Shown: positions 18,060 through 27,164 of the stretch, piece after piece
Position numbering within the stretch: position 1 is the first letter of the stretch
Layout of the letters: each line of letters opens with the position of its first letter
Origin: Candidatus Limnocylindria bacterium
Lineage (GTDB): Bacteria; Chloroflexota; Limnocylindria; QHBO01
Reading direction: 5' to 3'
Assembly: GCA_039917415.1 (NCBI GenBank)
Contig: JBDSJJ010000087.1
Location: 1 to 33,046 of the forward strand
DNA length: 33,046 nucleotides
Translations under genes and position numbers: made by a program
Notes under the pieces: generated by a model
What the model was told of the DNA's origin: nothing
Database searches by the model: none
The model's input: the letters and a program-made list of their open reading frames with translations, nothing else

Positions 18060-19310
18060 ATGGGATTCTTTCTGCGCAACTGGCACCTCAAACTGTCCGC
18101 GGTCCTGCTCGCGACGGTGCTCTACACCGGGCTCGTCTTCTCCGGGTCGTTCGCGGAGGCGGACATCAAGGTACGAATCGACCAGGTCAACGCTCCGGCC
18201 GAGTCATTCGTGCTGAGCGGCGACCTGGGATTCGTCGACGTCCGGTATCGCACCACCAACGACGCGGCGCCAACCGTGGTGGCCGAGGCATTTGTGGCGA
18301 GCGTCGACCTGGCCGGCTACGACATGGAACGGGCTCCCGAACCGCAGGTGCTCGACGTCGAAGTCTCGGCCCTGATCGATGGGATCGAGATCCTGTCGCA
18401 CACGCCGTCGACCGTGCGTGTCGAGCTCGACCGCATCGAGGTTCGCACCGTCCCGGTGCAGGTCGAGACGAGCGCGGTACCGAGCGGTCTCGAGATCGGC
18501 GAACCCGTCCTCAGCCACGACAGCGTGGATGTTCGCGGGCCGTCGTCGATCGTCCGTGGCGTGAGTCGGGCTGTGGCATTCGTGAGCATCAGCGCTTCGA
18601 CCATCGACTTCAACGAGCCGGTTGACCTCGTGGCGGTGGATGTCGAGGGCCAGCCGGTCGACACCGGTCGTCTCGAGCTCGAGCCGGGCACGGTGTCGGT
18701 GCAGATCGACGTCGAGGCCACCGAGACCAGCAAGACCGTGCCGGTGCGGCCGGACATCAGCGGGACGCCCGCTCCCGGCTTCGCGCTCGAGTCGCTGTCG
18801 GTCGACCCCTCGGTCGTCACGCTTCGCGGCCTGCCCGAGGATCTCGCTGAAATCGACGAGGTGCTGACCGAGCCCCTGAGCATTGCCGGCGTCTCAGGCG
18901 ATCAGGCCTTCGAGGCGGCGCTCGTCGTCGGAGAATCGGTTCGGCTCGATGCGGCCGATGGCGGGGTCGTGTCGGTCACCGCCACGATCGTGCCATCAGT
19001 CTCCAGCCGCACGTTCGTCGTGGGCATCGTGTGCCAGGGAGCGGGCGAGAACGCGTGCCTCCCGAGTCTCGACCAGCTCACGATCACCCTCAGCGGGCCG
19101 GGCGACACGGTCTCCAGCCTGAGCGCTGGCGCGTTGACGCCGGTCGTGAACGTGACCGGGCTGGGACCGGGGACGTACAACCTCCAGCCGTCGATCGGTG
19201 GCCTGCCGGAAGGCGTCCAGCTGCTGGCAATCACCCCGGGTACCGTGACCGTCACGGTGCGGGCACCGGCCGCCCCGACGCCCACGCCCACGCCGACCCC
19301 GGCGCCGTAG
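18060..19310 (+). CDS. cdaR: CdaA regulatory protein CdaR (YbbR-repeat protein)
   Basis: 416 aa with an N-terminal anchor (FLRNWHLKLSAVLLATVLYTGLVF). Repeated beta-rich modules follow (V.V...P.G....V.P..V.V.G). It lies between cdaA and glmM and ends in a (PT)4 tail. Confidence 0.8.
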   Translation: MGFFLRNWHLKLSAVLLATVLYTGLVFSGSFAEADIKVRIDQVNAPAESFVLSGDLGFVDVRYRTTNDAAPTVVAEAFVASVDLAGYDMERAPEPQVLDVEVSALIDGIEILSHTPSTVRVELDRIEVRTVPVQVETSAVPSGLEIGEPVLSHDSVDVRGPSSIVRGVSRAVAFVSISASTIDFNEPVDLVAVDVEGQPVDTGRLELEPGTVSVQIDVEATETSKTVPVRPDISGTPAPGFALESLSVDPSVVTLRGLPEDLAEIDEVLTEPLSIAGVSGDQAFEAALVVGESVRLDAADGGVVSVTATIVPSVSSRTFVVGIVCQGAGENACLPSLDQLTITLSGPGDTVSSLSAGALTPVVNVTGLGPGTYNLQPSIGGLPEGVQLLAITPGTVTVTVRAPAAPTPTPTPTPAP

Positions 19311-20633
19311 ATGGCGGGCCGCTTCGGCACCGATGGCATCCGCGGTGAGGTGGGAACTGAGATCACCGCGGACCTCGCCCTCGCCCTCGGGCGGGCGGTC
19401 GGCCACCGGTTCGGTGATGGTGTGGCTGTCGTCATTGGGCGGGACCCGCGCCGATCGGGCGAGATGCTCGCCTCGGCACTCGCGGCCGGCCTTACGTCGG
19501 CGGGTGCCGATGTCATGGACCTCGGCATCGTGACGACACCGTGCCTGGTCCACGCCTCAGGTGCCACGAAGTCGGCGGGCATCATGGTGTCGGCGTCCCA
19601 CAATCCGGCGCCCGACAACGGGCTGAAGGTCGTGGTCGACGGACGCAAGGTCGACGACGATGTCGAGCTGGATCTCGACCGCCTGATCGACGATCCGTCG
19701 CCGATCGCCCATCGTCCCAACCATGGGCTCGGCCGCGTCGGCACCAGTGACGATCCGGTACGTGCCTATCGGCGCCACCTGGCCGACATCGCGGGAGACG
19801 CGTTTGAGGGGTTGAGGCTCGGGATTGACTGCGCCAATGGATCGGCCAGCGCCATCGCGCCTGACCTGTTCCGATCGCTGGGCGCCGAGGTCACTGTGCT
19901 CTTTGCAGCCCCGGACGGGACGAATATCAATGACGGGTGCGGCTCGACCCACCCGGGGCGCCTGGCGGCGACGGTTGCGGCGGCGGGCCTCGATGTCGGC
20001 CTGGCCTTCGACGGCGACGCCGATCGGCTCATCGCGGTGGACGAGCAGGGCAGCCTGGTCGACGGCGACGCGATCATGGGGATCTGCGCGCTTGCGCGCC
20101 TTCGGGACGGTTCGTTGCGCAATGGAACCCTGGTGGTGACCGTCATGACAAACGGTGGCCTCGAGCGCGCCGTGACGGAGGCCGGCGGCCGTGTCGTCCG
20201 GACGCCGGTCGGGGACCGCCACGTCTTCGCCGCCATGGAACAGGAGGACGCCGTGCTCGGTGGCGAGCAGTCCGGCCACATCATTTTCCGCGACCGCGCC
20301 TCGACCGGCGATGGACTGCTGACCGGGATCGAGCTCGTGCGGGCCATGCGTCGGTCCGGCATGCCGCTCTCCGAGCTGGCGAGCGGAATTCCGAGGCTCC
20401 CGCAGGTGGTGATAAACTCGGCCGCGAGCCGCCGCAACGAATGGGAGGCGGTCCCGGAGTTCGCGTCGGCCGTGCAGCGCGCCACAGCGCAGATCGGGGC
20501 GCGCGGCAGGATCCTGGTTCGACCGTCGGGCACCGAGCCGAAGATCAGGATCATGGTCGAGGGGGACGATGGTGAGGAGATCGAACGCATCGCCCGCGAG
20601 CTCGCCACGCTCGCCGAGGCACGATTGAACTGA
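19311..20633 (+). CDS. glmM: Phosphoglucosamine mutase
   Basis: 440 aa with FGTDGIRG, the active-site block GIMVSASHNPAPDNG, and FDGDADR. Confidence 0.95.
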   Translation: MAGRFGTDGIRGEVGTEITADLALALGRAVGHRFGDGVAVVIGRDPRRSGEMLASALAAGLTSAGADVMDLGIVTTPCLVHASGATKSAGIMVSASHNPAPDNGLKVVVDGRKVDDDVELDLDRLIDDPSPIAHRPNHGLGRVGTSDDPVRAYRRHLADIAGDAFEGLRLGIDCANGSASAIAPDLFRSLGAEVTVLFAAPDGTNINDGCGSTHPGRLAATVAAAGLDVGLAFDGDADRLIAVDEQGSLVDGDAIMGICALARLRDGSLRNGTLVVTVMTNGGLERAVTEAGGRVVRTPVGDRHVFAAMEQEDAVLGGEQSGHIIFRDRASTGDGLLTGIELVRAMRRSGMPLSELASGIPRLPQVVINSAASRRNEWEAVPEFASAVQRATAQIGARGRILVRPSGTEPKIRIMVEGDDGEEIERIARELATLAEARLN

Positions 20634-20643
20634 GGAGATCCAG

Positions 20644-22473
20644 ATGTGCGGCATCGTCGGGTACGTCGGGCCGCGAGATGCGGCCCCCATCCTGCTCGAG
20701 GGTCTGCGACGCCTCGAGTACCGCGGCTATGACTCGGCCGGGATCGCGATCCTCACCGACGCGGGCGAGGTCTTCATCGAGAAGAAGGCCGGCAAGCTCA
20801 CCAACCTGACCGACCACCTCAACGGCGATGCGCCCGCCGGACACCCAGGCATCGGCCACACCCGCTGGGCGACGCACGGGCGACCCAACGACACCAATGC
20901 CCATCCGCACGTCGACTGCAGCGGCAAGCTGGCCCTGATCCACAACGGGATCATCGAGAACTATGTCGAGATCAAGCAGGAGCTGAGTGCCGCAGGCCAC
21001 CGTTTCTCCTCGGAGACCGACACCGAGGTCCTTGCCCACCTGATCGAGTCGAAATACGACGGTGACCTGGTCGAGGCCGTTCGCCGCGCATTGAACGACG
21101 TTCGGGGCGCATATGCGATCGGCGTCATGCACACCGATCACCCCGATCGGATCGTGGGCGCGCGCATGAACGTTCCCCTGATCGTCGGTCTCGGTGAGGG
21201 GGAAGGATTCCTCGCCAGTGACGTGCCGGCCATCCTCGAGCACACGAAGAACGTCGTCATCCTCCACGAAGGAGACATCGCCGACGTCACTCCGTCCGGC
21301 ACGAGGATCATTTCGCTCGACGGCGAGACGGTGGAGCGCGACACGACCGAGATCCACTGGAACATCGAAGCCGCCGAAAAGGGTGGCTTCGCGCACTTCA
21401 CCCTCAAGGAGATCTACGAGCAGCCGCACGCCATCCAGGAGTGCCTCCGCGGCCGCGTCGACGGAGAGGGCAACGTCACCCTGGACGAGCTGGGCGAGAT
21501 CGAGGATCGGCTGCGCGAGATCGAACGCGTCTACGTCGTGGGCTGTGGAACGGCCAGCTATGCCGCGCACGTGGCGGCCTATCTGATCCAGGACTGGGTC
21601 GGCATCCCGGCCACGATGCAGGTCGGGTCCGAGATGCGGTACAGCCCGCCGCCCATCGATCGGAACACGCTCGTGATCGGCGTGAGCCAGTCGGGGGAGA
21701 CCGCGGACACGCTCGCACCGCTGCGGTTGGCCCAGGAGCGCGGTGCGCTGGTCGTCGTGGTGACCAACGTGGTTGGCAGCGCGATCACCCGCGAGGCCGA
21801 TGCGGTCTGCTATCTCCAGGCCGGCCCCGAGATCGCGGTCGCCAGCACCAAGGCCTTCGTGACCCAGGTGCTCGTCCTCCAGATGATCGCCCTTCACCTG
21901 GCGGCGCTGCGCGAGACGCTGTCGACCAACCGGCTGCGCACGTTCGGACGATCTCTACGCAGCCTGCCGCGCCTCGCCGCCGAGACGCTGAAGCTCGGGC
22001 CGCAGATCAAGAAACTGGCCCGTCGCTTCGCCGGCGCGCGCGACTTCATCTTCATCGGGCGCGGCGTCGGGTACCCGATCGCAATGGAAGGCGCGCTGAA
22101 GCTCAAGGAGCTGAGCTATGTGCATGCCGAGGGCTATGCCGCAGGGGAGCTCAAGCACGGGCCGATCGCCCTCCTCGACCCGGAGACGCCCCTGCTGGCG
22201 ATCGCCACCCGCGGGGCAACGTACGAGAAGGTGACGAGCAACGTGGCCGAGGCGCGTGCCCGATCGGCGCCGGTGATCGCGATCGCCACCGAGGGAGATG
22301 ACCAGATCGATCGCTACGCGGGCGACGTCATCTACGTGCCCGACGTCCCGGAGCCTATCAGCCCGGTCATCGTCGTCCTGCCGCTCCAGCTCCTCGCGTA
22401 CGAGGTCGCCGTTGCCCGCAACACCGACGTCGACCAGCCGCGCAATCTCGCGAAGTCCGTCACCGTCGAGTAG
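20644..22473 (+). CDS. glmS: Glutamine--fructose-6-phosphate aminotransferase
   Basis: 609 aa with the N-terminal nucleophile MCGIVGY, two SIS domains, and a C-terminal KSVTVE. Confidence 0.98.
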   Translation: MCGIVGYVGPRDAAPILLEGLRRLEYRGYDSAGIAILTDAGEVFIEKKAGKLTNLTDHLNGDAPAGHPGIGHTRWATHGRPNDTNAHPHVDCSGKLALIHNGIIENYVEIKQELSAAGHRFSSETDTEVLAHLIESKYDGDLVEAVRRALNDVRGAYAIGVMHTDHPDRIVGARMNVPLIVGLGEGEGFLASDVPAILEHTKNVVILHEGDIADVTPSGTRIISLDGETVERDTTEIHWNIEAAEKGGFAHFTLKEIYEQPHAIQECLRGRVDGEGNVTLDELGEIEDRLREIERVYVVGCGTASYAAHVAAYLIQDWVGIPATMQVGSEMRYSPPPIDRNTLVIGVSQSGETADTLAPLRLAQERGALVVVVTNVVGSAITREADAVCYLQAGPEIAVASTKAFVTQVLVLQMIALHLAALRETLSTNRLRTFGRSLRSLPRLAAETLKLGPQIKKLARRFAGARDFIFIGRGVGYPIAMEGALKLKELSYVHAEGYAAGELKHGPIALLDPETPLLAIATRGATYEKVTSNVAEARARSAPVIAIATEGDDQIDRYAGDVIYVPDVPEPISPVIVVLPLQLLAYEVAVARNTDVDQPRNLAKSVTVE

Positions 22474-22483
22474 AGGCCCTCGC

Positions 22484-22861
22484 ATGAGCCGCCACGAGAT
22501 CGGGATCGACCTGGTCGACATCCATCGTATCCGCGCCGTACTGGGACGGTTCCCGGATCGGTTCCGCCTCCGCGTCCTGACCGAACACGAGCAGGCGTAC
22601 TGCGGCCGGCGCATCGAGCGCATCGCGGGCCGTTGGGCAGCCAAGGAGGCCATCAGCAAGGTGCTGGGCCTCGGGGTCCGCGGCGTCGGCTGGCGCGAGA
22701 TCGAGATCCTGCCCAATCGTGCCGGAGCACCCCAGGTCTACCTCCACGAGCGCGCCGCTCGACGTGCCGCGGCGCTCGACCTCGACGAGGTGAGCGTCTC
22801 GATATCCCACGAGCGCGAGATGGCTGTCGCGGTCGCGGTGGCGCACCGGCGTCACCCGTGA
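22484..22861 (+). CDS. acpS: Holo-[acyl-carrier-protein] synthase
   Basis: ATG 22484 lies 10 nt after the glmS stop; the track start at 22298 overlaps glmS. The product is 125 aa with IGIDLVDIHRI, RWAAKEAISKVLG and ISHEREMAVAVAV. Confidence 0.9.
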   Translation: MSRHEIGIDLVDIHRIRAVLGRFPDRFRLRVLTEHEQAYCGRRIERIAGRWAAKEAISKVLGLGVRGVGWREIEILPNRAGAPQVYLHERAARRAAALDLDEVSVSISHEREMAVAVAVAHRRHP

Positions 22862-22877
22862 CCGTGGGGACACCCGG

Positions 22878-23783
22878 GTGAGCAGGCCGGTTGCGCGCAA
22901 CCTCACGCAGCGCTGGGTCGCGTCGCACCTGCCGGACCGCCCAGCGCGATCGCACAAGGGTGACTTCGGACGCCTGTTGGTCGTCGCCGGATCGACCGAG
23001 TTCCCCGGGGCGGCGATGCTCACCGCTCTCGGGGCCATGCGCGCCGGCGCCGGTGTCGTTCGCGTCGCCGCGGCCGAGTCCGTGGCGGCACGCCTGGCGG
23101 GCGCGATTCCGGAGCTGACCTGGATCGTGCTCGACGAGGAGGCGCCGGGCCTCATTGCCCCCAGCGGCTGGCGCCAGGTTGCCGGCGAGGTCAACAGCCA
23201 GGACGCCGTCGTGATCGGGCCCGGTCTCGGTGCGCAACCGGCCACCCAACGGCGCGCGCGCAACCTCGTGACCGGACTGCGCATCCCCGGAGTGGTTGAC
23301 GCGGACGGTCTCAACGCGCTGGCCTCCGGCGGCAATTGGTGGACCGGGTTGGCGGCCTCGCTGGTGCTCACGCCACATCCGGGCGAGTTCGCGCGGCTGA
23401 CGAGGGCACCAGCACCGAACAGCGACGATGACGACGCTCGCCTGGTCGCCGCGCGCGACGCCGGCCTCCGCTGGCAGCAGGTCGTCGTCCTCAAGGGAGC
23501 GAACACCCTGGTGGCCGATCCGCACGGGGACGTTCTGCGCTCCAACGTTTCGACACCCGCGCTGGCGACAGCCGGCACCGGCGATCTGCTGGCAGGCGTG
23601 ATCGGCGCTTTTTTGGCTGCCGGGTTGGCGCCGATGGAAGCGGCTGGCTGCGCCGTGGCCGTGCATGGCGCAGCCGGGCTGCTGGCGGAGGATCGGATCG
23701 GCCGTGCGGGCGTCATGGCGCGCGACGTGGCGGCGCTCCTTCCCGAGGCCATCGAGCAGTTGCGCGGCGGTCGTGCCCGGTGA
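22878..23783 (+). CDS. nnrD: ADP-dependent NAD(P)H-hydrate dehydratase (YjeF C-terminal-type carbohydrate kinase fold; no epimerase domain)
   Basis: 301 aa with HKGDFGRLLVVAGSTEFPGAAMLTALGAMRAGAG, TPHPGEFARL, VVLKGANTLVA and TAGTGDLLAGVIGAFLA. Confidence 0.85.
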   Translation: MSRPVARNLTQRWVASHLPDRPARSHKGDFGRLLVVAGSTEFPGAAMLTALGAMRAGAGVVRVAAAESVAARLAGAIPELTWIVLDEEAPGLIAPSGWRQVAGEVNSQDAVVIGPGLGAQPATQRRARNLVTGLRIPGVVDADGLNALASGGNWWTGLAASLVLTPHPGEFARLTRAPAPNSDDDDARLVAARDAGLRWQQVVVLKGANTLVADPHGDVLRSNVSTPALATAGTGDLLAGVIGAFLAAGLAPMEAAGCAVAVHGAAGLLAEDRIGRAGVMARDVAALLPEAIEQLRGGRAR

Positions 23784-24910
23784 CGTTGCCCGGCAGCCCG
23801 CATCGGGCCTGGATCGAGGTCGATCATCGAGCGATCCGCTCGAATCTCGCCGCGGTCCGTGTCGCCGCTCCGAGCGCGGAGGTCATCGCGGTGGTGAAGG
23901 CCAACGCCTATGGGCATGGCGCCGTACCCGTTGCTCGAACGCTGCTGGCGGACGGAACCGAGCGCCTGGCGGTCGCCACCATTGACGAGGCGATCGAGCT
24001 GCGTGACGCGGGGATCAGCGCTCCGATCCTCGTCCTGTGGGCCGTCACCGAGGTAGAGGCGGGAGCGATCTCCGCGTACGGTTTGGAGGCGATGGCCGAC
24101 GCTGAGCATTCGATCGTGGCGCTTGAGGCCGCCGGACAGCGAGATGGCGTCCGCATCGGCGTCCATCTCAAGATCGACACGGGCCTGGGTCGCCAGGGAG
24201 CTCGTCCCGAGGACGCGATCAGCCTCGCCACCCGGATCGCCCGCAGCCGCCATCTCCTCCTGGCGGGCACGATGAGCCACCTCGCGGTTCCCGGCGAGGA
24301 CGACGCCTACACCGAGGTCCAGGCCCTGCGCCTGTCCCGCGCGCTGGATGCCATGCGCTCGTCAGGAGTCGACCCGGGGCTCGTGCACATCAGCGCGACG
24401 GGCGGCCTGCTCGCGGGATCAGTCGCCTTCGCCGATGCCGTGCGGCCCGGGCTGGCCCTCTACGGCCTTCGCCCGTCGTGGGCTCGAGCTCGGGAAGCGG
24501 CGCTCACACCGGCGCTCACCCTCAAGGCGCGCGCGCTGCGCGTGTTTGATCTCGGGGCCGGCGAGGCCGTTGGCTACGGGCTTCGCTTTCGAGCAGCACG
24601 CGCCACCCGCATCGCCACGCTCGGCATCGGCTACGGAGACGGGTGGCCGCGCGTCCATGCCAACCATGGATCCGCGCTCGTCCGCGGGTCCCGGGTCCCC
24701 GTCGTCGGAGCGCTGAGCATGGACGGCCTGACCGTGGATGTCGGCGAAATCGATGGTGTAACCTACGGCGACGAATTCGTCCTGATCGGGGAGCAGGGCG
24801 GCGCGCGGATCACAGCCGACGACGTGGCGGCCGAGCGAAGAACCATCAACTACGAAGTGACGACCGCATTGCGCGAGCGTCTCCCGCGGCTCCACATTGG
24901 AGCCGACTGA
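23780..24910 (+). CDS. alr: Alanine racemase
   Basis: 376 aa with a GTG start overlapping the nnrD stop. It has the PLP-lysine block VVKANAYGHG and the later blocks GYGDGW and MDGLTVDV. Confidence 0.94.
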   Translation: MTLPGSPHRAWIEVDHRAIRSNLAAVRVAAPSAEVIAVVKANAYGHGAVPVARTLLADGTERLAVATIDEAIELRDAGISAPILVLWAVTEVEAGAISAYGLEAMADAEHSIVALEAAGQRDGVRIGVHLKIDTGLGRQGARPEDAISLATRIARSRHLLLAGTMSHLAVPGEDDAYTEVQALRLSRALDAMRSSGVDPGLVHISATGGLLAGSVAFADAVRPGLALYGLRPSWARAREAALTPALTLKARALRVFDLGAGEAVGYGLRFRAARATRIATLGIGYGDGWPRVHANHGSALVRGSRVPVVGALSMDGLTVDVGEIDGVTYGDEFVLIGEQGGARITADDVAAERRTINYEVTTALRERLPRLHIGAD

Positions 24911-24942
24911 TCGCCCGCCGCGGACCGGAAGCGCAGGCACGC

Positions 24943-25470
24943 ATGGCATCACCGATCGAGATCGACGTGTGGCAAGGGGAGATTGCAGAGCTCGAGGTGG
25001 ACGCGCTCATCGTCCCGGCCAATGAGTCCCTGTTCATGACCGCCGGAACGGCCGCGTCGGTGAAGCGTCTCGGCGGGGACGAGATCGAACGCAACGCGGT
25101 GGATCAGGGCCCGGCCGAATCCGGAACTGCCATCGCCACGCATGCCGGCTCGCTCGCCGCCGCGTATGTCATCCACGCCGTCGGAGTCGGACATGAGCGC
25201 AATGCCGATCGCGAACGGCTCGCCGCCGCGATTCGCGCGGCGCTCTCCTTCATCGTCCCACTTCAGCTCCGGCGAATCGCCTTCTCCCTCGTCGGCACCG
25301 AGCACGGCGTCTTCACTCCGGCCGAAGCGGCCGAGGTGCTGTTCGCCGAGTTGGCGCTGCCGGACTCGGCGGGTGAGCACTTGGACTCGGTCGTGGTAGC
25401 GACCGCCAACGTCGCCGAGACCCACGCGGTAAACGAGGCGATCGCCGCGCGCCGGGCGCAGGCGAGGTGA
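24943..25470 (+). CDS. Macro-domain protein (divergent; probable ADP-ribose binding or hydrolase fold)
   Basis: 175 aa, with ATG 24943 lying 32 nt after the alr stop. Macro-like blocks are ALIVPANESL, GTAIATHAGSLAAAYVIHAVGVG and RIAFSLVGTEHGVFTP. The usual GGGV..AI glycine loop reads TAGTAASV. Confidence 0.65.
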   Translation: MASPIEIDVWQGEIAELEVDALIVPANESLFMTAGTAASVKRLGGDEIERNAVDQGPAESGTAIATHAGSLAAAYVIHAVGVGHERNADRERLAAAIRAALSFIVPLQLRRIAFSLVGTEHGVFTPAEAAEVLFAELALPDSAGEHLDSVVVATANVAETHAVNEAIAARRAQAR

Positions 25471-25715
25471 GCGGGGACGCCGCGCGCCGCATTGCGCGAG
25501 CGCTCGACCGTCGTGGCCTCACGGTACCCGCCGGGCTGCTGCTCGACGCCCATCGTCCACTCGCTCCGCTCTTGAGCGACCTCGGCGTCGCGCTCGCGCC
25601 GATCCTGACCGCCGCCGCTGGCCCCGATCCGGACACGCTGAGGTTGCTGCGCGACGAAGCCGCCATCGAGCGGATCATCGACGCCCTCGAGGAGCGGCAT
25701 GCCGAGCCCCGCTGA
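25467..25715 (+). CDS. Hypothetical small soluble protein (82 aa), first gene of the unassigned cluster
   Basis: The GTG start overlaps the macro-gene stop (GTGA). Third positions are G/C-rich throughout. It has no hydrophobic segment and no motif I recognise. Confidence 0.6.
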   Translation: MSGDAARRIARALDRRGLTVPAGLLLDAHRPLAPLLSDLGVALAPILTAAAGPDPDTLRLLRDEAAIERIIDALEERHAEPR

Positions 25716-26550
25716 CCTGCTCGGACGCCTCGTCCGCTTCATCGGCGAAGTGCTCGGCGCCTCTTCGCTTAGGTTCGAAATCGGTACCACGATTGTCCTG
25801 CTCGGCGTTCTCCTCGTGCTCCTCCAGCTCGTTGCTCGGCCCATCAGCCGCTGGGTCACCGCCGATGCGGCCGGCCTCGCTGGCGTCGGACGCGCCATGG
25901 CGCTGGCCGCCGAGTCGGGGACCGATGCGGTCGTGTCGCTGGGAGGAGGCGGTATCACCCGCACGACCGATGCCCTGGCACGGCTCCAGACGATCGCCTC
26001 GCTTCCGCTGCTTGGCCACGTGGCCCGGGCGGCGGCGCGCAGCGGCGTTCCCCTGCGCGTCCTGGTCAACGATCCCATCGCCGCCTCCCTGGCCGCTGCC
26101 ACGGTGGATGCTGCCCACGAAGCCACGGCCACGCTGGAGCGACAGGGACGCACGCGGATTGTCATCGTCGGCGAGGGACGCCCGGCGATCGCCGGCCTGG
26201 CAATGACGACTCGGGCGCGGCCCGCGGCGGCATTCGCGTTCGGATCTCTCCGCGAGGAAGCGCTGCTTCACCTCGACGGTTTGCGGAGCGGTGCCGGCAC
26301 CCTGACGACCGTCAGCGCCGACGCGGCGCAGGCTCCGTCCCTGCGGTTGGGAGGGGGATCGGCGCTCATCGGGCCTGAACTGTTCCAGGCCGGCGCCGAT
26401 CTGAGGTCGAGCGTGGACGAGCGCACGATGGTGATGGCGGGCAATCGGCTCATCGGCCTGGCGGTTGCGGTCGTCGCAATCGGGACCGTGCTCGCCATGG
26501 CGGGCATCATCGACCTCGGGGAGATCCTGGTCGGAGTCGCGCGCGAGTGA
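25699..26550 (+). CDS. Hypothetical bitopic membrane protein (N-terminal TM, ~200-aa soluble domain, C-terminal TM)
   Basis: 283 aa. GAGGAG precedes ATG 25699, which overlaps the previous gene by 17 nt. The hydrophobic helices are IGTTIVLLGVLLVLLQLVA and LIGLAVAVVAIGTVLAMAGII. The middle looks alpha/beta, with the strands AVVSLGGGG, LRVLVND and RIVIVGEG. Confidence 0.7.
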   Translation: MPSPADLLGRLVRFIGEVLGASSLRFEIGTTIVLLGVLLVLLQLVARPISRWVTADAAGLAGVGRAMALAAESGTDAVVSLGGGGITRTTDALARLQTIASLPLLGHVARAAARSGVPLRVLVNDPIAASLAAATVDAAHEATATLERQGRTRIVIVGEGRPAIAGLAMTTRARPAAAFAFGSLREEALLHLDGLRSGAGTLTTVSADAAQAPSLRLGGGSALIGPELFQAGADLRSSVDERTMVMAGNRLIGLAVAVVAIGTVLAMAGIIDLGEILVGVARE

Positions 26551-27164
26551 CGCGCCCGACCATCACCGCGCTCGTGGTCCTGGTCGGGCTGCTGCTGTTG
26601 GCGGATCTGCTGGTCGTCAACAGCGCCCTTCAAGACGTGGCCGGCGTCGTGGTCGACGCCGCGATCCTGGTGGCCGCGGGCGCCGCGCTTGCTGCCGGGG
26701 CATCCCTCGTGACGCGCCGCCTCGGCGACCTGTGGCGCCGTCGCGGAGACCCGATCGGCGCCCTGCTCGTGGTGGCGGGTGTCGCCGCCATGCTCGTGGC
26801 CGGCATGCGTCCGGGCTCCAGCGGGTCCGATGATCCCGCCGTGCAGTGGCTGCTGGCCGCGCTGCTCATCCCGATCGGGGCCACGCTGTTCGGGCTGCTC
26901 TTCGTCTCGACCGTCGCCGCCGCCCGGCGATCGGTGGCCGGCGGCAGTCGAGAGGCAGTCGTGCTGGTCACGGCAACGACGATCACCGTCCTGCTCCTCC
27001 TTCCGCTGGCCGGCAGCATCGGCTCCTGGCTCTCGGATGCCAGCGGCTGGATGCTCGGGACGGCGGTGGCTTCGGTGTTTCGTGGCCTGCTGATCGGTAT
27101 CGCACTGCTGGGCGCGGTGTATGCGGCCCGCACGATGCTCGGGATCGGGTCCGCCGATGAGTGA
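26547..27164 (+). CDS. Hypothetical polytopic membrane protein (~6 hydrophobic segments)
   Basis: 205 aa with a GTGA overlap to the previous gene. It is almost entirely hydrophobic helices separated by short Arg/Gly/Ser loops. Confidence 0.7.
   Translation: MTRPTITALVVLVGLLLLADLLVVNSALQDVAGVVVDAAILVAAGAALAAGASLVTRRLGDLWRRRGDPIGALLVVAGVAAMLVAGMRPGSSGSDDPAVQWLLAALLIPIGATLFGLLFVSTVAAARRSVAGGSREAVVLVTATTITVLLLLPLAGSIGSWLSDASGWMLGTAVASVFRGLLIGIALLGAVYAARTMLGIGSADE

Noticed and set aside
19275-19298. Short tandem nucleotide repeats: (CCN ACG)4 encoding PTPTPTPT at the CdaR C-terminus, and GCCGAGACCA(G/A)G twice at ~3628-3651 in the rpsC tail.
   Set aside because: These are in-frame low-complexity coding repeats, not CRISPR, VNTR or regulatory repeats. 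They are noted under the respective protein findings only.
20634-20643. A possible glmS ribozyme or riboswitch upstream of glmS.
   Set aside because: Only 10 nt (containing GGAGAT) separate glmM and glmS, so there is no room for the ribozyme.
24943-25715. The macro domain plus the adjacent small ORF as a DarT/DarG-like toxin-antitoxin or anti-phage module.
   Set aside because: The 82-aa partner is far too small and shows no ADP-ribosyltransferase-like motif. Translational coupling continues into six further genes, and the context is housekeeping rather than a defence island.
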